DNA from: Azolla caroliniana
Taxonomy: Eukaryota; Plantae; Polypodiophyta
Assembly: GCA_043228905.1 (NCBI GenBank)
Contig: JBHGNT010000006.1
Span: 3,100,001-3,164,000 of the forward strand
Direction of reading: 5' to 3'
DNA: 64,000 nt
Shown here: positions 48,245-61,228 of the stretch, one piece after another
Layout: every line of letters begins with the position of its first letter
Numbering within the stretch: position 1 is the first letter of the stretch
Position numbers and translations under genes: made by a program
The notes under the pieces: model-generated
Database searches by the model: none
The model's input: the letters and a program-made list of their open reading frames with translations, nothing else
Told to the model about the DNA's origin: nothing

Positions 48245-50530
48245 CTTGGGCTTTATGGACATTGCATAAATTTGGTACCAACAGGATTCTTATCAAACTC
48301 TTTTCGATGTTTACATAAATGCTTGCTACATTTCACATGATGTTGAGAATACATATCCCCCCTTAAAGAGATTTCGGGCTTTGTGGACATTACAGAAATT
48401 TAGTACCAACAGGATTATGGTCAAACTATTTTCAATATTTACATGCATGTTTCGTATGTTTCACATAACATCAAGGACATATATGCCCTCTTATTTGAAT
48501 GTTCTGGACTTTGAGAGAAACAATGACATGCTGTTCATTTCATTGTATTCGTTTTATTTCTTGGATTCTCATGAGAAATCAAAATGTATCACCAAAAAAA
48601 AAGGGTGTGTTTGAATATCAAAATTGCCAGCCCAGTTGGAAACAGAGTAGAGTTTTCAAGCCTCAGAAAAGCTGAATTTTGTTTTCTACATATACACACA
48701 TGCACACAATCATACGTACATATGCATACATACACTTGTAAACATGAGTTAGAAAGAGAGACAGCGAGAACTTTACTCTGGTAAGATAGTTGACCGCAGC
48801 GATCGAAGCACCAGAAACAGCTGTACCCGGAAAAAGTCCTCTTTCTGTGCCTAATATTGATGTGACAAATATGATAGATCCTCCAATGCCAGCTTCTCTC
48901 ATTCTCTTTCCTATTGCAATACTGAACAGGCATGCAGACCTGAAGTTGACACTGATGGCTGTTTCCAGCTGTTGCACATTTGTCTCTAAAAAAGGTCTCG
49001 ATGCACCTGGAAAAATACCAAATATCTTGGCTTCCAATAGTCACAAAAAATTCATGCTGATGGTTACATGCTAGACTCACTCTTGCATGCCCTTGTACAA
49101 ATTAATACACAGATAAATCGCATAATCATAGCTTGGTGATAATGTATTTCTAAAATACAAGCTTCATAAAATGTCCCCCTCTTGCTCTGATGTATTAGGC
49201 ATATGGTAGACAACTAACTTTATATCTATTTCTGTAATATCAAAAGAACACAATCTTGAAAGTGTAAATGCACCTGGGAAATGCAATGCCCGGGCTTCAA
49301 GTAGGGGGCTTCAAGTAGGATCACAAAATTTCGAATACATTTCTGTAATAAATAACAAAAAATATATAAGCTTGCAACGATCTGTTGCAATATCTATTTT
49401 GCGAAATACAAAAGTAAGGAGTAGAGTCTCAACCTAAGACTACTATGGAAGTAAGACAACATCAGCATGCTGGCTGACGTTGATAGCAAGCTAAGTCTTC
49501 CACCTTTGATACATCTAAAGAAAACTATGAATCAAGTACCCCGTCACATAGAATAGACATGCTAACTAATAACAATCTGCCATAGTTTTCAACCTTGCTC
49601 TTCGTATTCCTATATCTCTCTATTGTCTTGGTCTTTGAAGTTAAATCTTGATTTTCTTTAGTGTTTAAAATCTAATACTAAAATTAATTGATACATAACG
49701 AGGCTATTCAATTCCATTTAGATTCCAATCAAAATGTATTCATGTCATATTATCTACGAATTCCAAGCAGATGATGTTCATATGAAAGTGGTCTACCAGT
49801 GTGCAAAAAGTCTTAAATTTCTGACCGTTCTCACCCATGTAAAGATACAATTGAAGCATATTTTGACATGTATACATGCACTTTGCATAGCTAATTTAAA
49901 CTTCCCTGTGAACTCTAACTTCATATGTTTTTCGGAAAACGAAATTTCACCACTGATTTTGTTTCTTAACTTCACTATTATGAATGGATGGGAGGTGAAA
50001 ACACCCTAATTTAGCTATATATTTATATGCATATTTGTATAGAGAGAGAAAGAGAGACCTGTGAATGAAGAGAATGCCAAGAGAAGATCAAATCCTCCAA
50101 AGACATGCCAAGCTTTCTCTACAACATCCTCCACGAGACTTTGGATAGAACGTACAGATGTGAGAAAATCCAGATGTAAGACATGGATATCATCTTCTTC
50201 ACACGGGATCTGTTGAGATGCAGTATGAAGGGATGAAGAATCACCGACAAGAACCACTCTGACACGCATAAGAAAGGAAAATATCTGAAATCATTTCGTT
50301 GAGCAAGAAGAGAATGATTGCATAAACGATATATTTTACCTGCAACCATGAGCTATCAAAGATCGAGCAACGTTTAAACCAAGTCTTTCCTCTGATTCTT
50401 CCTTCTCTTTATCTTCTTCTATTCCCGTAGAGGGAATGGCAAGGAGAGCTCTCTTCCCTCGTACATCTACCAAGGTCGCCATTAGACCTTCAGATTCTTC
50501 GTCCTCCTCTTCTGCAGCTGAATTTAGCAT
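47725..50530 (-). CDS. Atypical short-chain dehydrogenase/reductase, probably peroxisomal (SDRc/At3g01980-like)
   Basis: Exons 50340-50530 (start may instead be 50482), 50059-50258, 48777-49006, 47725-48003. Motifs: GGSIIFVTSILGTERGLFPG, AMELGKYKIRVNAIARGL, FMTGTVIFVDGGQSLVRARMRSFL*. Confidence 0.85.
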
Positions 50531-50744
50531 CGAAGGCCTTTTTGGTTCGCAATAGATATGTTGGGGGAAATTGAGAGGGGCAAAAATAGCATCGTGGGCA
50601 GAGCGTGCTTAGTGGGAGGGAGGGGCCAAGGCATGGTTTGGGCGGGCGGGCGGGCTGTCCATTTGATCAAAGCTAAAGGACGGTTATATTTGGTCGGCGG
50701 CAAATCGTCCTTGCAAGAGAGATTCCCCAAAGGAAGAAGGTAAA

Positions 50745-50765
50745 TTTAGGGTTTAGGGTTTAGGG
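50745..50765. repeat. Three tandem TTTAGGG units (telo-box/interstitial telomeric motif) upstream of the SDR gene
   Basis: tttagggtttagggtttaggg. Confidence 0.75.
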
Positions 50766-50875
50766 TCATAGCATTCCTTTCATACAGTGTCATAGCAACT
50801 CATCATACATTACTTCATCGCATGCCCAATGCAACATATAATCTATATATCTCATATGTGGGCTTCTATAATTCC

Positions 50876-50906
<31 letters not shown>

Positions 50907-51111
50907 GGTGCACGCACATGAGAGAGAGAGAGAGAGAGTAGGTCACATATCATCATATTCAACATTTGAATTGGTGTATATGGTGGGATTGAGTTTGTAG
51001 TCATAGCACTAGTATTTATATCCCGAGAAGGGTTCTATACTTTGTTGCAAGTTACTAGTCATGGTGGTGTTTTTTCTTTCATAATGGAAGCCATTATTTA
51101 CGAAAGAAGGT

Positions 51112-51602
51112 TGTTATGCCCCTGCCCCTAGATTATGGGGGTCTCAAAACCACATGAAAACACGGTTTGGAGACCAATTAGGACATGAATCATAGTTATA
51201 TTTCATTATGGATACAAAAGCTTACTACCATCCCAAATTGGGACAAGCCATGATCCACCACTCGAAGTTGGGACAAGTTAGGACGACTCCCCAAAACCAC
51301 TAAAGGAGTGAGAGAAAGCAAAATGGAACACAATCCTTAGAACCAAGATAAGAATGAGAGAATAGGAGGGAGTGAGAGTGAATCACAAAATCAAGGAATG
51401 GTTACAAATGAGTAATCCTCCTTATATATGCCAGAAATTGTTGTTGGGACTGGTCGTTAGGGTGGTTAACCGTTGCGAGGTCCCCATTGAGATTGGGTTG
51501 TGTTGACCCAAGTGGCACCTTCCTTGGGACTGGGACTACCCCTGTGGTGAGTCCCAACTCAGATTGGGATTGTGTTCCCATTGGGACAACTTAGGCACAA
51601 CA
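51112..51602 (-). mobile_element. Solo LTR (~490 bp)
   Basis: TG...CA ends with inverted termini TGTTATGCC / GGCACAACA (8/9). A TATA-like tract at ~51420 suggests reverse orientation. TSD degenerate (gaaggt/caaggc). Confidence 0.6.
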
Positions 51603-51973
51603 CAAGGCACTTTAACATGGTAAGGTAACTACACCTCAATTATAGCAATGATCCACGTTTATACAACTTCTATTGCCAAAACCATTGACCAACCTTAAAA
51701 CAGTAAATGGTTACCCTCATTTAATCCTATGCAGCTCATAATTGGGTTCTTACATAAAAATTAAACTTTAGGCACCATCCTATTTACCTATAATTAACAT
51801 CACTATAAATGTTTACATGTCAATCATTTGACAATGAATACACAACACTCTCCACACATAGAAGAGAAATAGCTTCTCACACATGCAAGTTCTAATGGAC
51901 TACATTCACCTATAATCACAAGGACATGTGGAGCTCTATGAAGCATAAACAGAATCCTTCCACAAAAAGATAT

Positions 51974-53547
51974 TGTGAAATGCACATAAGAGATCAAAAC
52001 CAGTCTACTTAGCTTCTTACTTCTTAATCAATTTATAGTTGATACAACGGAACCCATTTGGGTTGGCTTGGCTAAAAAGGGTGTGCTAAAAGGGTGGGTC
52101 AACTTGGGTACGTGCATCCTAAAAAGGGTGAGCTAAAAGGGTGGCACAAAGGAACACATGCACACCACACACACCACATTTCCCCCTTGCGAGAAATAAG
52201 AGATTGAGGGGCATGAACAAGAACATGACAGGTACATGAACAAGAATAAGAACAATGGCTTGTCGAATGAGGGGGAGCATCTGATGGCAAGTTTCAAATG
52301 GAAATCCATGGATGATTCTAGTGCGAGATGAGGGTTACACCCATAGAGTGCTTGAAAAGGGTTTATTTATGCAACCATCTCGTGTTTGAGGGTCTTGTTG
52401 AGGCGTTCGGTGAAGATGGCGTGGGGATGTAAACATCTACCGACACATAGTTGAGTTGCAATGACATTGAGGACATCCCCGTGGAACTGTTGGCCTTGAT
52501 AGTTGGACGAGGCTAGTGACGGAAAACGAGCTAGCAATCGGTGAATAGAGATCAATCACTCTTGTGGACTGAGGGCCATCTGGACTTTGCTGAGGTGGGG
52601 GACAGGAGGGCTATCGTATCAGAGGGGGATCGAGGAAAGATCATATGGCGGCAAAGATCAATCGCTCCTGTGGACTAAGGGCCACCTGGACTTTGCTAAG
52701 GTGGGGGACATGAGGGCTATCGTGTCGGAGGGGGATCGAGGAAAGATCATATGGCGGCAAAGATTAATCGCTCTTATGAACTGAGGGCCACTTGGACTTG
52801 GCTGAGGTGGGGGACAAGAAGGTTATCGTGTCAAAGGGGGATCAGGGAAAAGATCATTTGGCAAAGAAAGATCAATCACTCAGTTGGTCGGTCTAACTAC
52901 CACCTGGACTTGGCTGAGGTGGGGGTCTGGAGGGCTATCGTGTAGGAGGGGGATCAAAGAAACTCATGGGACAAGAAGTTAGTGGGCAACCTAAGGTGAG
53001 GGGGAAGAGTTGGTGGGGCAAGACATAAAAGTGGTGTGAGAAAGTGAGAGTGTCTAAGGTGAAAGTGTAGTGGGCTTACGTGCTAGAGAGGTATAGATGG
53101 CGATCGCAAAAAAAGACTTGGATGGAGGAAGCGATGGATATCGGGAGGCCTAACTAGTGAACTAAGGCGGTGCTAATAGAAAAGATACTACTACAAGAGA
53201 CTAACAAGAGTGTCGGTGATGGTAGTGAGGGCGATGTTACCTACGAAGCGGAAGAGGCAGATGCTTGGATGTGGGGGACTAATACCCCGCTTCTCCACCA
53301 ATATGTGAAATGCACATAAGAGATCAAAACCAATCTACTTAGCTTCTTACTTCTTAATCAATTTATAGTTGATACAACAGAACCCATTTGGGTTGGCTTG
53401 GCTAAAAAGGGTGTGCTAAAAGGGTGGGTCATTTTGGGCACACGCATCCTAAAAAGGGTGTGCTAAAAGGGCAGGGACAACTTGGGTACGTGCATCCTAA
53501 AAAGGGTGAGCTAAAAGGATGGCACAAAGGAACACATGCACACCACA
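51974..53547 (-). mobile_element. Non-autonomous Ty3/gypsy-derived LTR retroelement (TRIM-like), 1574 bp
   Basis: LTRs 51974-52178 and 53304-53547 (TG...CA, highly similar). TSD ATAT/ATAT. PBS 53282-53300 matches the plant tRNA-Ala 3' end. PPT AGGGGGAAA 52179-52187. Integrase remnant QGQQF...ERLNKTLK in ORF 52367-52555. Confidence 0.9.
52549..52960. repeat. ~106-bp tandem array (about 4 copies) inside the LTR element
   Basis: gccac.tggact..gctgaggtgggg...agggctatcgt...aggggga tc..ggaaagatca recurs at ~52574, 52681, 52787 and ~52900. Confidence 0.85.
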
Positions 53548-54296
53548 ATATCATCAATATGTAAATCCACACAAAATATAGCCTAGTGAGTCATTCTATA
53601 CAAATTATGGCCTACACACACATATAAAATCTACCATAGGAAAGTTAAAATCCAAACCCTTAAACACTGAATAAAAAGAGAGTTTATGTTTCTTGTGCCC
53701 TTTCCTTTAGATTGATCAATGGCACGCACACAAAACATCATATACAGATATCCATGTACCATCTAGAATAGTATAGGTAAGACTAAGCCACAACATGATA
53801 AATAAAGTTTATGTTTCTTGGGTCACTCGGTTTGAGATTGAGTATTCATATAGTTTAATTAAGCAATCAAAATTTTAGTACACAGAAAGAGAGCACAAGT
53901 TTACAATAAAATAAATACTGGTGCAACAAGCCAATTTTTTAGCACTAAAATAAAATTTGATACCATACCCCCAAATGAAGGTATCAGTTATAAAATTGAA
54001 TCACAACAAATTCCACAAAAAACAACACAAACATAGGTGTAACCAGTCTAGATTTTAGAACAAAAGGCCAAAGTTGATTAACATACCACAAAACACAGAG
54101 CCTGAAGTAGAATGGCATAACATCATACCAAATGAAGCCAGAGCGTCACAAAAGTATCAAGTTAAAATCTAAACGTTTGTTTAAGCTGAGTCAGTTGCTC
54201 ACAGTTCTCAATAAACCACCCGGAAACAAACTTATGATAACATTATACCTATTATAAAAACAACCCATATCAACTTCAGTTATTAGCGTGATTGAA

Positions 54297-55688
54297 TCAA
54301 TCCTCTTCAGATTCAGCACTCTGAAGCCAATCAACAAAAGGTTTTGCAAACTTTTTCACATCACTGCTGTCAGAAACACCATTGTACCAAGTCACTGTGT
54401 CATCTTCTTCCAAAATATCAAGATCATAAAGCATCTTCAACACTGCAGAAATCTCCTTCTGCAGTTGAAGAGATCCTGAAGAACAATATGCTTCCACAGC
54501 TCCAAGCAACAGACGTTGGGAATGCTCACCCCTAACCATCGCCTGAGCCAAGAACAGTTTCTTCTTATTGATTTCTTTAGGCAATCCCTTGGATGTTCCC
54601 TGAAACAAAGCTTCAAAATAAGCATTCATAACTTCCTGCTCAGAAGAGTGAGGATGAACAGAATACAGCCTTTTCACCAGCTGTTTCTCGTCAAATTCAT
54701 CATCTATACACTTTCTAAATTCTTTTACAAGAGATTTGTATATATCCTGAGAATTAACAAGAAGAGAATCTGTTGTCTCTTTTCCTGAAGCAGCTACTTC
54801 CTTAGATGTTTTCTTTACTGCTCCATTCGATCTATGTTCATCATTACCAGAACTATTTACACAGGTTTTCTTCACCGTTGCTTTGGGCTTTTGTTCACCA
54901 TTATCAGCATTAATCAACATAACAAGCTCACTCGTAGCAGCAGTCAGCTGTTCTTTGATCCGCTGCTGTGCAGCTAAAGCAGAAGTGTCTGTTTGCCATT
55001 GCACAACATCCTCATCCTCATCCTCATCTTCTTCACTCTCATCCCTTTGGCTTGATGCAGGAGAATGACCTTCAACATCACCATCAGGAACTTTCTTCTT
55101 CGCAGTCACATTACTGTTTCCTTCATGAATCTTCTTTACCTTCAGCTCTTTCTTGCTTTTCTTCATTTCTTCATCCAAAGCCTCACCTGCTTTCAACCGT
55201 TCTTTCTCAGCTTTCCTCATCCCTTTCTTGTCTTTCTTCTTCTGTTCCGGAGGATTCTTCAATATGAAATTTGTAAGCTTATCTCTCATATCCACATCAG
55301 ATACAAACCCACAAGCAGCACATTTAAGAGATATAAGCTGACTCTTCGATATCAAAATTTCAGTCTCAGGATTTCCACATCCATAACACTGAACATATTT
55401 CTTAATAAAATTTTCTAATAGTGCAGCAAGTTTGCCAGTCTCATGTGCTCCATTAACAATCGCAGTGCCAGTTTTTTCATCAAACTTGGATTGGGCACCA
55501 AGTTCACATCCAAAGTACTTAGTAGTATATGCAGGAGGTCTACCCAAAGCCTTGGCAACATCAACCATGTTTGACAAGTTGGTCTTGATACCATTTCCCC
55601 TACCTTCAACCTTAGTGATAAGCTTCGGCATTTTATATCTATAAAAGGCGTCATCTTGATTGCTCACACCAATGTTCTGAAGAGCCAT
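54297..55688 (-). CDS. eIF5: Eukaryotic translation initiation factor 5 (463 aa, CDS intronless)
   Basis: MALQNIG...[24 protein letters not shown]2C2 zinc finger CYGC/CAAC, QWQTDTS, W2/HEAT C-terminus with [16 protein letters not shown]. True ATG at 55688 in strong context AAAACAATGG; the ORF-track start at 55850 is a TTG. Confidence 0.97.
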   Translation of the reverse strand: MALQNIGVSNQDDAFYRYKMPKLITKVEGRGNGIKTNLSNMVDVAKALGRPPAYTTKYFGCELGAQSKFDEKTGTAIVNGAHETGKLAALLENFIKKYVQCYGCGNPETEILISKSQLISLKCAACGFVSDVDMRDKLTNFILKNPPEQKKKDKKGMRKAEKERLKAGEALDEEMKKSKKELKVKKIHEGNSNVTAKKKVPDGDVEGHSPASSQRDESEEDEDEDEDVVQWQTDTSALAAQQRIKEQLTAATSELVMLINADNGEQKPKATVKKTCVNSSGNDEHRSNGAVKKTSKEVAASGKETTDSLLVNSQDIYKSLVKEFRKCIDDEFDEKQLVKRLYSVHPHSSEQEVMNAYFEALFQGTSKGLPKEINKKKLFLAQAMVRGEHSQRLLLGAVEAYCSSGSLQLQKEISAVLKMLYDLDILEEDDTVTWYNGVSDSSDVKKFAKPFVDWLQSAESEED

Positions 55689-55728
55689 TGTTTTATTTTC
55701 CGAGAATATTTCAATATATATGTATATA

Positions 55729-55902
55729 TTATGGAAAGGGTCCCTTATCAAGCAAATGAAGAATGCCCTGTCCTCCACACCAACGGTGAAATGTACTCCA
55801 GCTGTAATGATAAGAAACTGGATATGTAGAAGGAGATACCTCACCCTCAAGATTTAGGGTCAGGGTCGACCGCATACAGAATTTATAAGGCTCTCTGCGC
55901 AT
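55729..55902 (-). CDS. Upstream ORF in eIF5 leader, 57 aa (candidate conserved-peptide uORF)
   Basis: ATG 55902 to TAA 55729: [57 protein letters not shown]. Second in-frame ATG at 55875. Ends 40 nt before the eIF5 ATG and lies downstream of the leader-intron acceptor (~55935). Confidence 0.8.
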   Translation of the reverse strand: MRREPYKFCMRSTLTLNLEGEVSPSTYPVSYHYSWSTFHRWCGGQGILHLLDKGPFP

Positions 55903-57465
55903 CACAATGAATCACTCCAAGGTTGACGTAAGCTCTGCAATGTTAACGGATCCAGCAAACAAAGTTAATGCATTTATATAACATGCAACTCCCGCAATGA
56001 CAATAAAAAAATGCAAAATAACCCTGCTAACCGATATTAATCATATTTCTCCAAATGCCCTCCGGTTATTACATTCTTCAAAAATTGTATAAACCAATTG
56101 GGGATTATGGTCATTTCATCCACTTAAACCCACTCAGGCAGTATAGCCTAGGGAATTTGGGAATGTAACAGGCACTTATAGGGGAATTCAGCGAAATAAT
56201 AAAAAACTGAGATTCATTAAGGTATATAAGGAAAACTCTGTGGCAATCACGTACCTCTCAAAGAAAACTGAATAAATAGCACCAATCAAATCATCCCACT
56301 AACTATGTTCGATTTCATAAAGCTCAAGATTTGTTCCAGAAAAGAAGTAGTCATAATTCAATGAAAATGAAAAACTAATAATGTAGGAGCATGGATTGTA
56401 TCAGATAAAAAATTTCAACGAGAATAGGACAGGAGGCAATTGTTAATCGGTTATGATGATGAAATATAAAGACCTACCTAGTAACCAATATATTCAGCCA
56501 CTATACAAGCATAGAATCAATTTTAAAACTTGTTTCTCAAGAAAAACTAGCAAATTCCAGATACTTGACTAACATACACTCCGAGAATATCCAAAAATAC
56601 TAACATTACTAACCTTTTGAACTTTTTACGTAAGTTATTGAATATTTCGTATAAGAAATTCGAACAAATTCAGTTGAGCATTATTCAAATATATTACGCA
56701 TCGCCTTTGACTTTTACTACAAGTAAAATTAGACACAGTCGATAAGCCTAAGGGCTACAAAAAATTATCAAAATTATAAACTTTTTTCTATCAAAAGAAC
56801 TCACACAAAGCGATCTAAGTAGGAAAACTGCAGCATACAAAAAGCACTATCTTTCCTATCAATATTGGATTCAGATTAGGACGGTCACAATATAAGACTA
56901 GTATCCTGATGAATTTCAAGGACCAAAACCACACTCTTTCCTCGGTGTGAATTGAGAAACTAAAGACAATGATACACAAAAGTTGACCATGTCTAACAAG
57001 ATAAATCCGGAATCCTGCATTGATGTCATTAGAGAAATGCACGGATGGCAGATGAGAAAGAACGAATAAATTGGTTATATGGAATTAATGTTTCAAACTC
57101 AATCAAAATTGTGAGATATGTTGGAGACATGTAAATAAGGAGATTAAGGAATTTGCTTTCGTATGATGCAAGAATTTCAGGATACCACAGATCATATTAG
57201 AAAGGCCTCCGGAGTTAGAATCGGGAACGCAGAGAATCAATGAACTCTACCGAAGGCCTCCAAAATAATGGAATAAAGAAAGAATGGCAATCAATATACT
57301 GGACCGAGAACGCAGAAGAAAACACAGAGAATCAATGAGCTGTACTACAAAGAAACAGTCTGATTATGAAACTTCAATGGTTGACAGATACAAGCCATGA
57401 TGATCAGGAAAGCTGAAGCAAAAACCGAATATCAAACATAGAGAGAGGGGGGGGAAGGAGATTAC

Positions 57466-57665
57466 CTGATGAAAAGAAAAAAAAACCTCGATCGAGGCCG
57501 CAGTCAGAATACAATGGTGCCGGAGAATGGAAAGTACAGAGAATCGATGGATTGGCACAGGATGGATATACAGGACACACAGATGAAGAAGCGAGAGACC
57601 TGCTTCAGAAACCCTAATGAACGCTGCCCTGAAAATGTATGCATATATGATATATCTATAAATCA
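57466..57665 (-). promoter_or_regulatory. eIF5 non-coding first exon and core promoter
   Basis: Donor CAG|GTAATC at 57465 opens a ~1.5-kb 5'-UTR intron to ~55935. Telo-box aaaccctaa at ~57609; TATA-like tract at ~57643-57661. Confidence 0.6.
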
Positions 57666-60600
57666 ACCGACGTCCGGTTTCACACTAGCCGGACAAAACC
57701 CGAACGAGCTCCTTCCTCCTCCCCGTGTGAAATGAGGTTCGTTCTTCTTTGCGATTTCTCTCGTGTGGATTTCCAAGTGTCGGAAAAAAGGCCATATGTT
57801 GTCTTCCGTTTTGTTCGTACTCGATCTCTTGCAGTTTCTCTCATACTTCCAGGTCTCGAAAAAAAAGGCCATATGTTGTCTTCCGTTTGTTCATAATCAA
57901 TCTCTCCTGTTACTTTTGTCGTTGTGGTATGTGCAAAAGCTCTCATCTGTATATCGAGACATTATCATCTAAGAGAAAGAGAGAGAGAGAGAGGGAGGGA
58001 GGGAGACGCTAGTCATATTTGACCTCCAAATACGATAATAGAATCTATATATCTATCTATATTTCTCTCCTTTCTCATAAAAGTAGTGAGGATCGTATTA
58101 AAACAAGCTGACAAATTACAATACGCGAAGCCATTGTTGTCCTCGTAGTGTTGAGGACCTTATGCCAAGGCCGAACCTCTAAGATGCTACAAGACTATAG
58201 CTAGGATAGCACTATCTCCTTTGATGACAAGGTACCAAAACAACTTTCTTTTCAACTTGTTACGATACTCCGTGATGAGGATCGAAACAAGAAACTCATC
58301 TCATACTTTGAGTGTACCATAGATCCCAAGACACGATTCCCATGTAGAAATACCTAAAACCATCGTGGTAGTTAAGTATCTTGTTGTTGTATATATAGCA
58401 AATATAAGATTTCATATGAACATGTTACCCTCACAATATTGTCATTATTTGTTAATTATTGTCTTCTATTGTTGTTTAAGATGCCTACAAGACATTTCTA
58501 CGTGCATGTTTTGTCTTGTACCAAATTTGGCCTCCATTTAACGAAATTATATTGTTAATCTCATAAATTAATCTCTCTCTATATATATGTATGTATGTAC
58601 TATGTACGTATACATACATACATACATACATTTGCACCGTTTCAACCACATTTTAGATCGAAGTAGCCAATTCGCTTTATTCAAAGGCATCTATTCTACC
58701 TAAAAGGTCCCAAATGTTTGCAACTTTAGGGACAATCCTTCATCTTTATTTGTGTACAAGTTGCATCCATGACAAAAGAGCATATATGCTCATCCCAACT
58801 TTTATCTTTTATACGTTTTTGGTAGAAACAACCAAAAAGCAAATCCTATTTTTTGATAAGCTTACGAACCATTCATTGTTGGTTTTGATTATGGCTTATA
58901 ACATACTAGTCCTACATTCAAGTCTCACCTATCTTCTTATAGTATTGAACCCGTGACCTTTTTTGTTTAAACCAACTAACCTTTCATGGCACATACATTG
59001 ATGTGGTGCTAATATTTTAGGAACAATTATTTTCATTTTTTAACTATTGTATCAATTAACGTAGCACTAAATTTTAAAGCACGTCATTGAGAATTTATAT
59101 TACTAGAAAATGCGTAGACTCCAAGAATGGTGCAACATCAATCAACACAACCACAAGTCTCGATGGAATTCTCTCACCATCATTCTCCTTGTTGGGGTTG
59201 CACCCTATGCTAAGCATGTCTTATCGAGTAATATGTCAAAGTTAAAATAACTATGATTGCTCTAATTTACTAGTCAGAGAGTATGAAATATGTATGGAGG
59301 TTTCATGCAATAATTGTTTCTCTTCAATAGACAACCTCACGAATTGAGTTAGAAGTTTCTTTGTACTTTCTAATTGTTTACATACAAACAAAGTCCAAGG
59401 ATATTCACTGAATTGATCCATGAATGTTTCTATGAGGATAATCATGCAACATGGCAGTTGGTGTGATTAAGCACCCTTGATCCATATATTCTCGTTGATT
59501 TGTTTTTCTTTTGCTTATCATTAATTTGATTTGTAATATTTGGTACTACAACTTTAAATGGTTTTTTCCCCTTATCTCGTTGCCACGCCATTGAATATTA
59601 CCTTATATTATACCTTGATCGGATAATAGATCTGATGAAGAGAAATGTGGCTCATCAACGATGTCTCAAGCAACCGTAAGAAAAGGGATAGCTAGTCCAT
59701 TATATATAGCTCAACTACTAAGGCTTGTAGACCACCACGTATTTGTTAGATATCATCAACGATCACCCCCACATTGCCAATTTATGTCCATATGCATGCT
59801 AAGAGTGTAAATTTCGTGATAACACCCCAAATGAGGAGTAGTTATTGTGCAACTTAGCCATATGGGTTGATGTATTTATGAATTAGAATTAGAAATGATG
59901 TATTTATGAAAGAGGGAAGTATGGTAATGTGATTGACTAGAATAATATTCTCTATTGGTAGGTTAAGTTGAAGTTGTGTTTGAATTATATGCCATTGACT
60001 TTATGATAAATGTTATTTAGAACTAGCTTGTATATGGGGAATTGGGCCATATTAAATAAGCCAATTGAGTGAAAAGGAATATCCCCACTACTATCAATTG
60101 ATGTGCACATTTTAATGTGCCAACAAAGCCAAACACATAATATCAATATCAATATCCATCCTCATTCGCTTTAACTTGGTTGTTGTGAGTTTGTGACTCT
60201 TATTTGTATGAACTAAATGTATAGTCAACTAGTCCCGACTCCCAATATCCAATATAAACTCTAAGGTATGAGCACATGGGAGGAAAACTACCATTGTAAG
60301 CTACTCTCATATGTAATAGAAAATTTGCGTTGACACATACATCATGTGAGTGTAACTCTATTTGCCCATTTAGTCGATTCTCAACATTTCTAACAATGTT
60401 CCCATGTGTCATATGTCTTCATGGGTTTGTTCCAATTCCCAATATAATGTGTTTCTTGACTATCCTACCCTTCATCCATTAAAATTAGTTATAGAATTGG
60501 TCCACAAGGTTATGCATGTAACAAATGATCAAGGTGAAAAGTTATGATAACAAATCGTCATATTGAAAATCAGAGCCAACTTGATGGAGGTATGGAAGTA

Positions 60601-60915
60601 TGATTTGAATAAATAATAGCCTTTTGTTTGAATTTGCATAATTGTTGATGTAGTTACTAAGTTTCTCTTCCCATGTGTGCGAGGAATTCCAAGGGCAACA
60701 AAGTTGATGGTCAATCCTATGTAAATGCCACTCAATAAGAAGATTTTGGATAGATACTAAATGTAAATTTATTACAAGGAATATAACCAACTTATTGTAA
60801 ATGAAGCGTTTTCACTATAAAATATACCTTTCAATTTGCTCATTCCATTCATACATTAAATACATATTTATATATCAATAATCAAAGCTTTATTTTATTT
60901 TTTCCATAAAAAATA

Positions 60916-61228
60916 GGGAAAAGTACCAGGATACCCCTGGAAGTTCGTCTATTTACCAGAATGCCCTTGGAAGTTCCAAATTTACCAAACTACCCCTATG
61001 TCCAAAAAAATACACTTTATAAAGTAATTATACACTCAAATGTTTGGTAAATAGGGCTAGTTCGGGTCCATTTCTTCCATCTTTGGTAAATAGGGCTTGT
61101 AGATTTGAGTGTATAATTACTTTATAAAGTGTAATTTTTTGGACATAGGGGTAGTTTGGTAAATTTGGAACTTCTAGGGGCATTCTGGTAAATAGACGAA
61201 CATCCAGGGGTATCTTGGTACTTTTCCC
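60916..61228. mobile_element. Mutator-like MITE, 313 bp, long TIRs
   Basis: ~125-bp inverted arms GGGAAAAGTACCAGGATACCCCTGGA... / ...TCCAGGGGTATCTTGGTACTTTTCCC. Perfect 9-bp TSD TAAAAAATA (60907-60915, 61229-61237). Confidence 0.93.

Noticed and set aside
50745-50765. Chromosome end or fusion scar
   Set aside because: Only three TTTAGGG units in a promoter position, consistent with telo-boxes.
52549-52960. CRISPR-like array
   Set aside because: Whole units are homologous with no unique spacers, the array lies within an LTR element, and there are no cas genes in this eukaryotic context.
55689-55850. 54-aa N-terminal extension of eIF5 suggested by the ORF track
   Set aside because: Starts at TTG; the conserved N-terminus MALQNIG begins at 55688 in optimal context. 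The meaningful upstream frame is the separate uORF.
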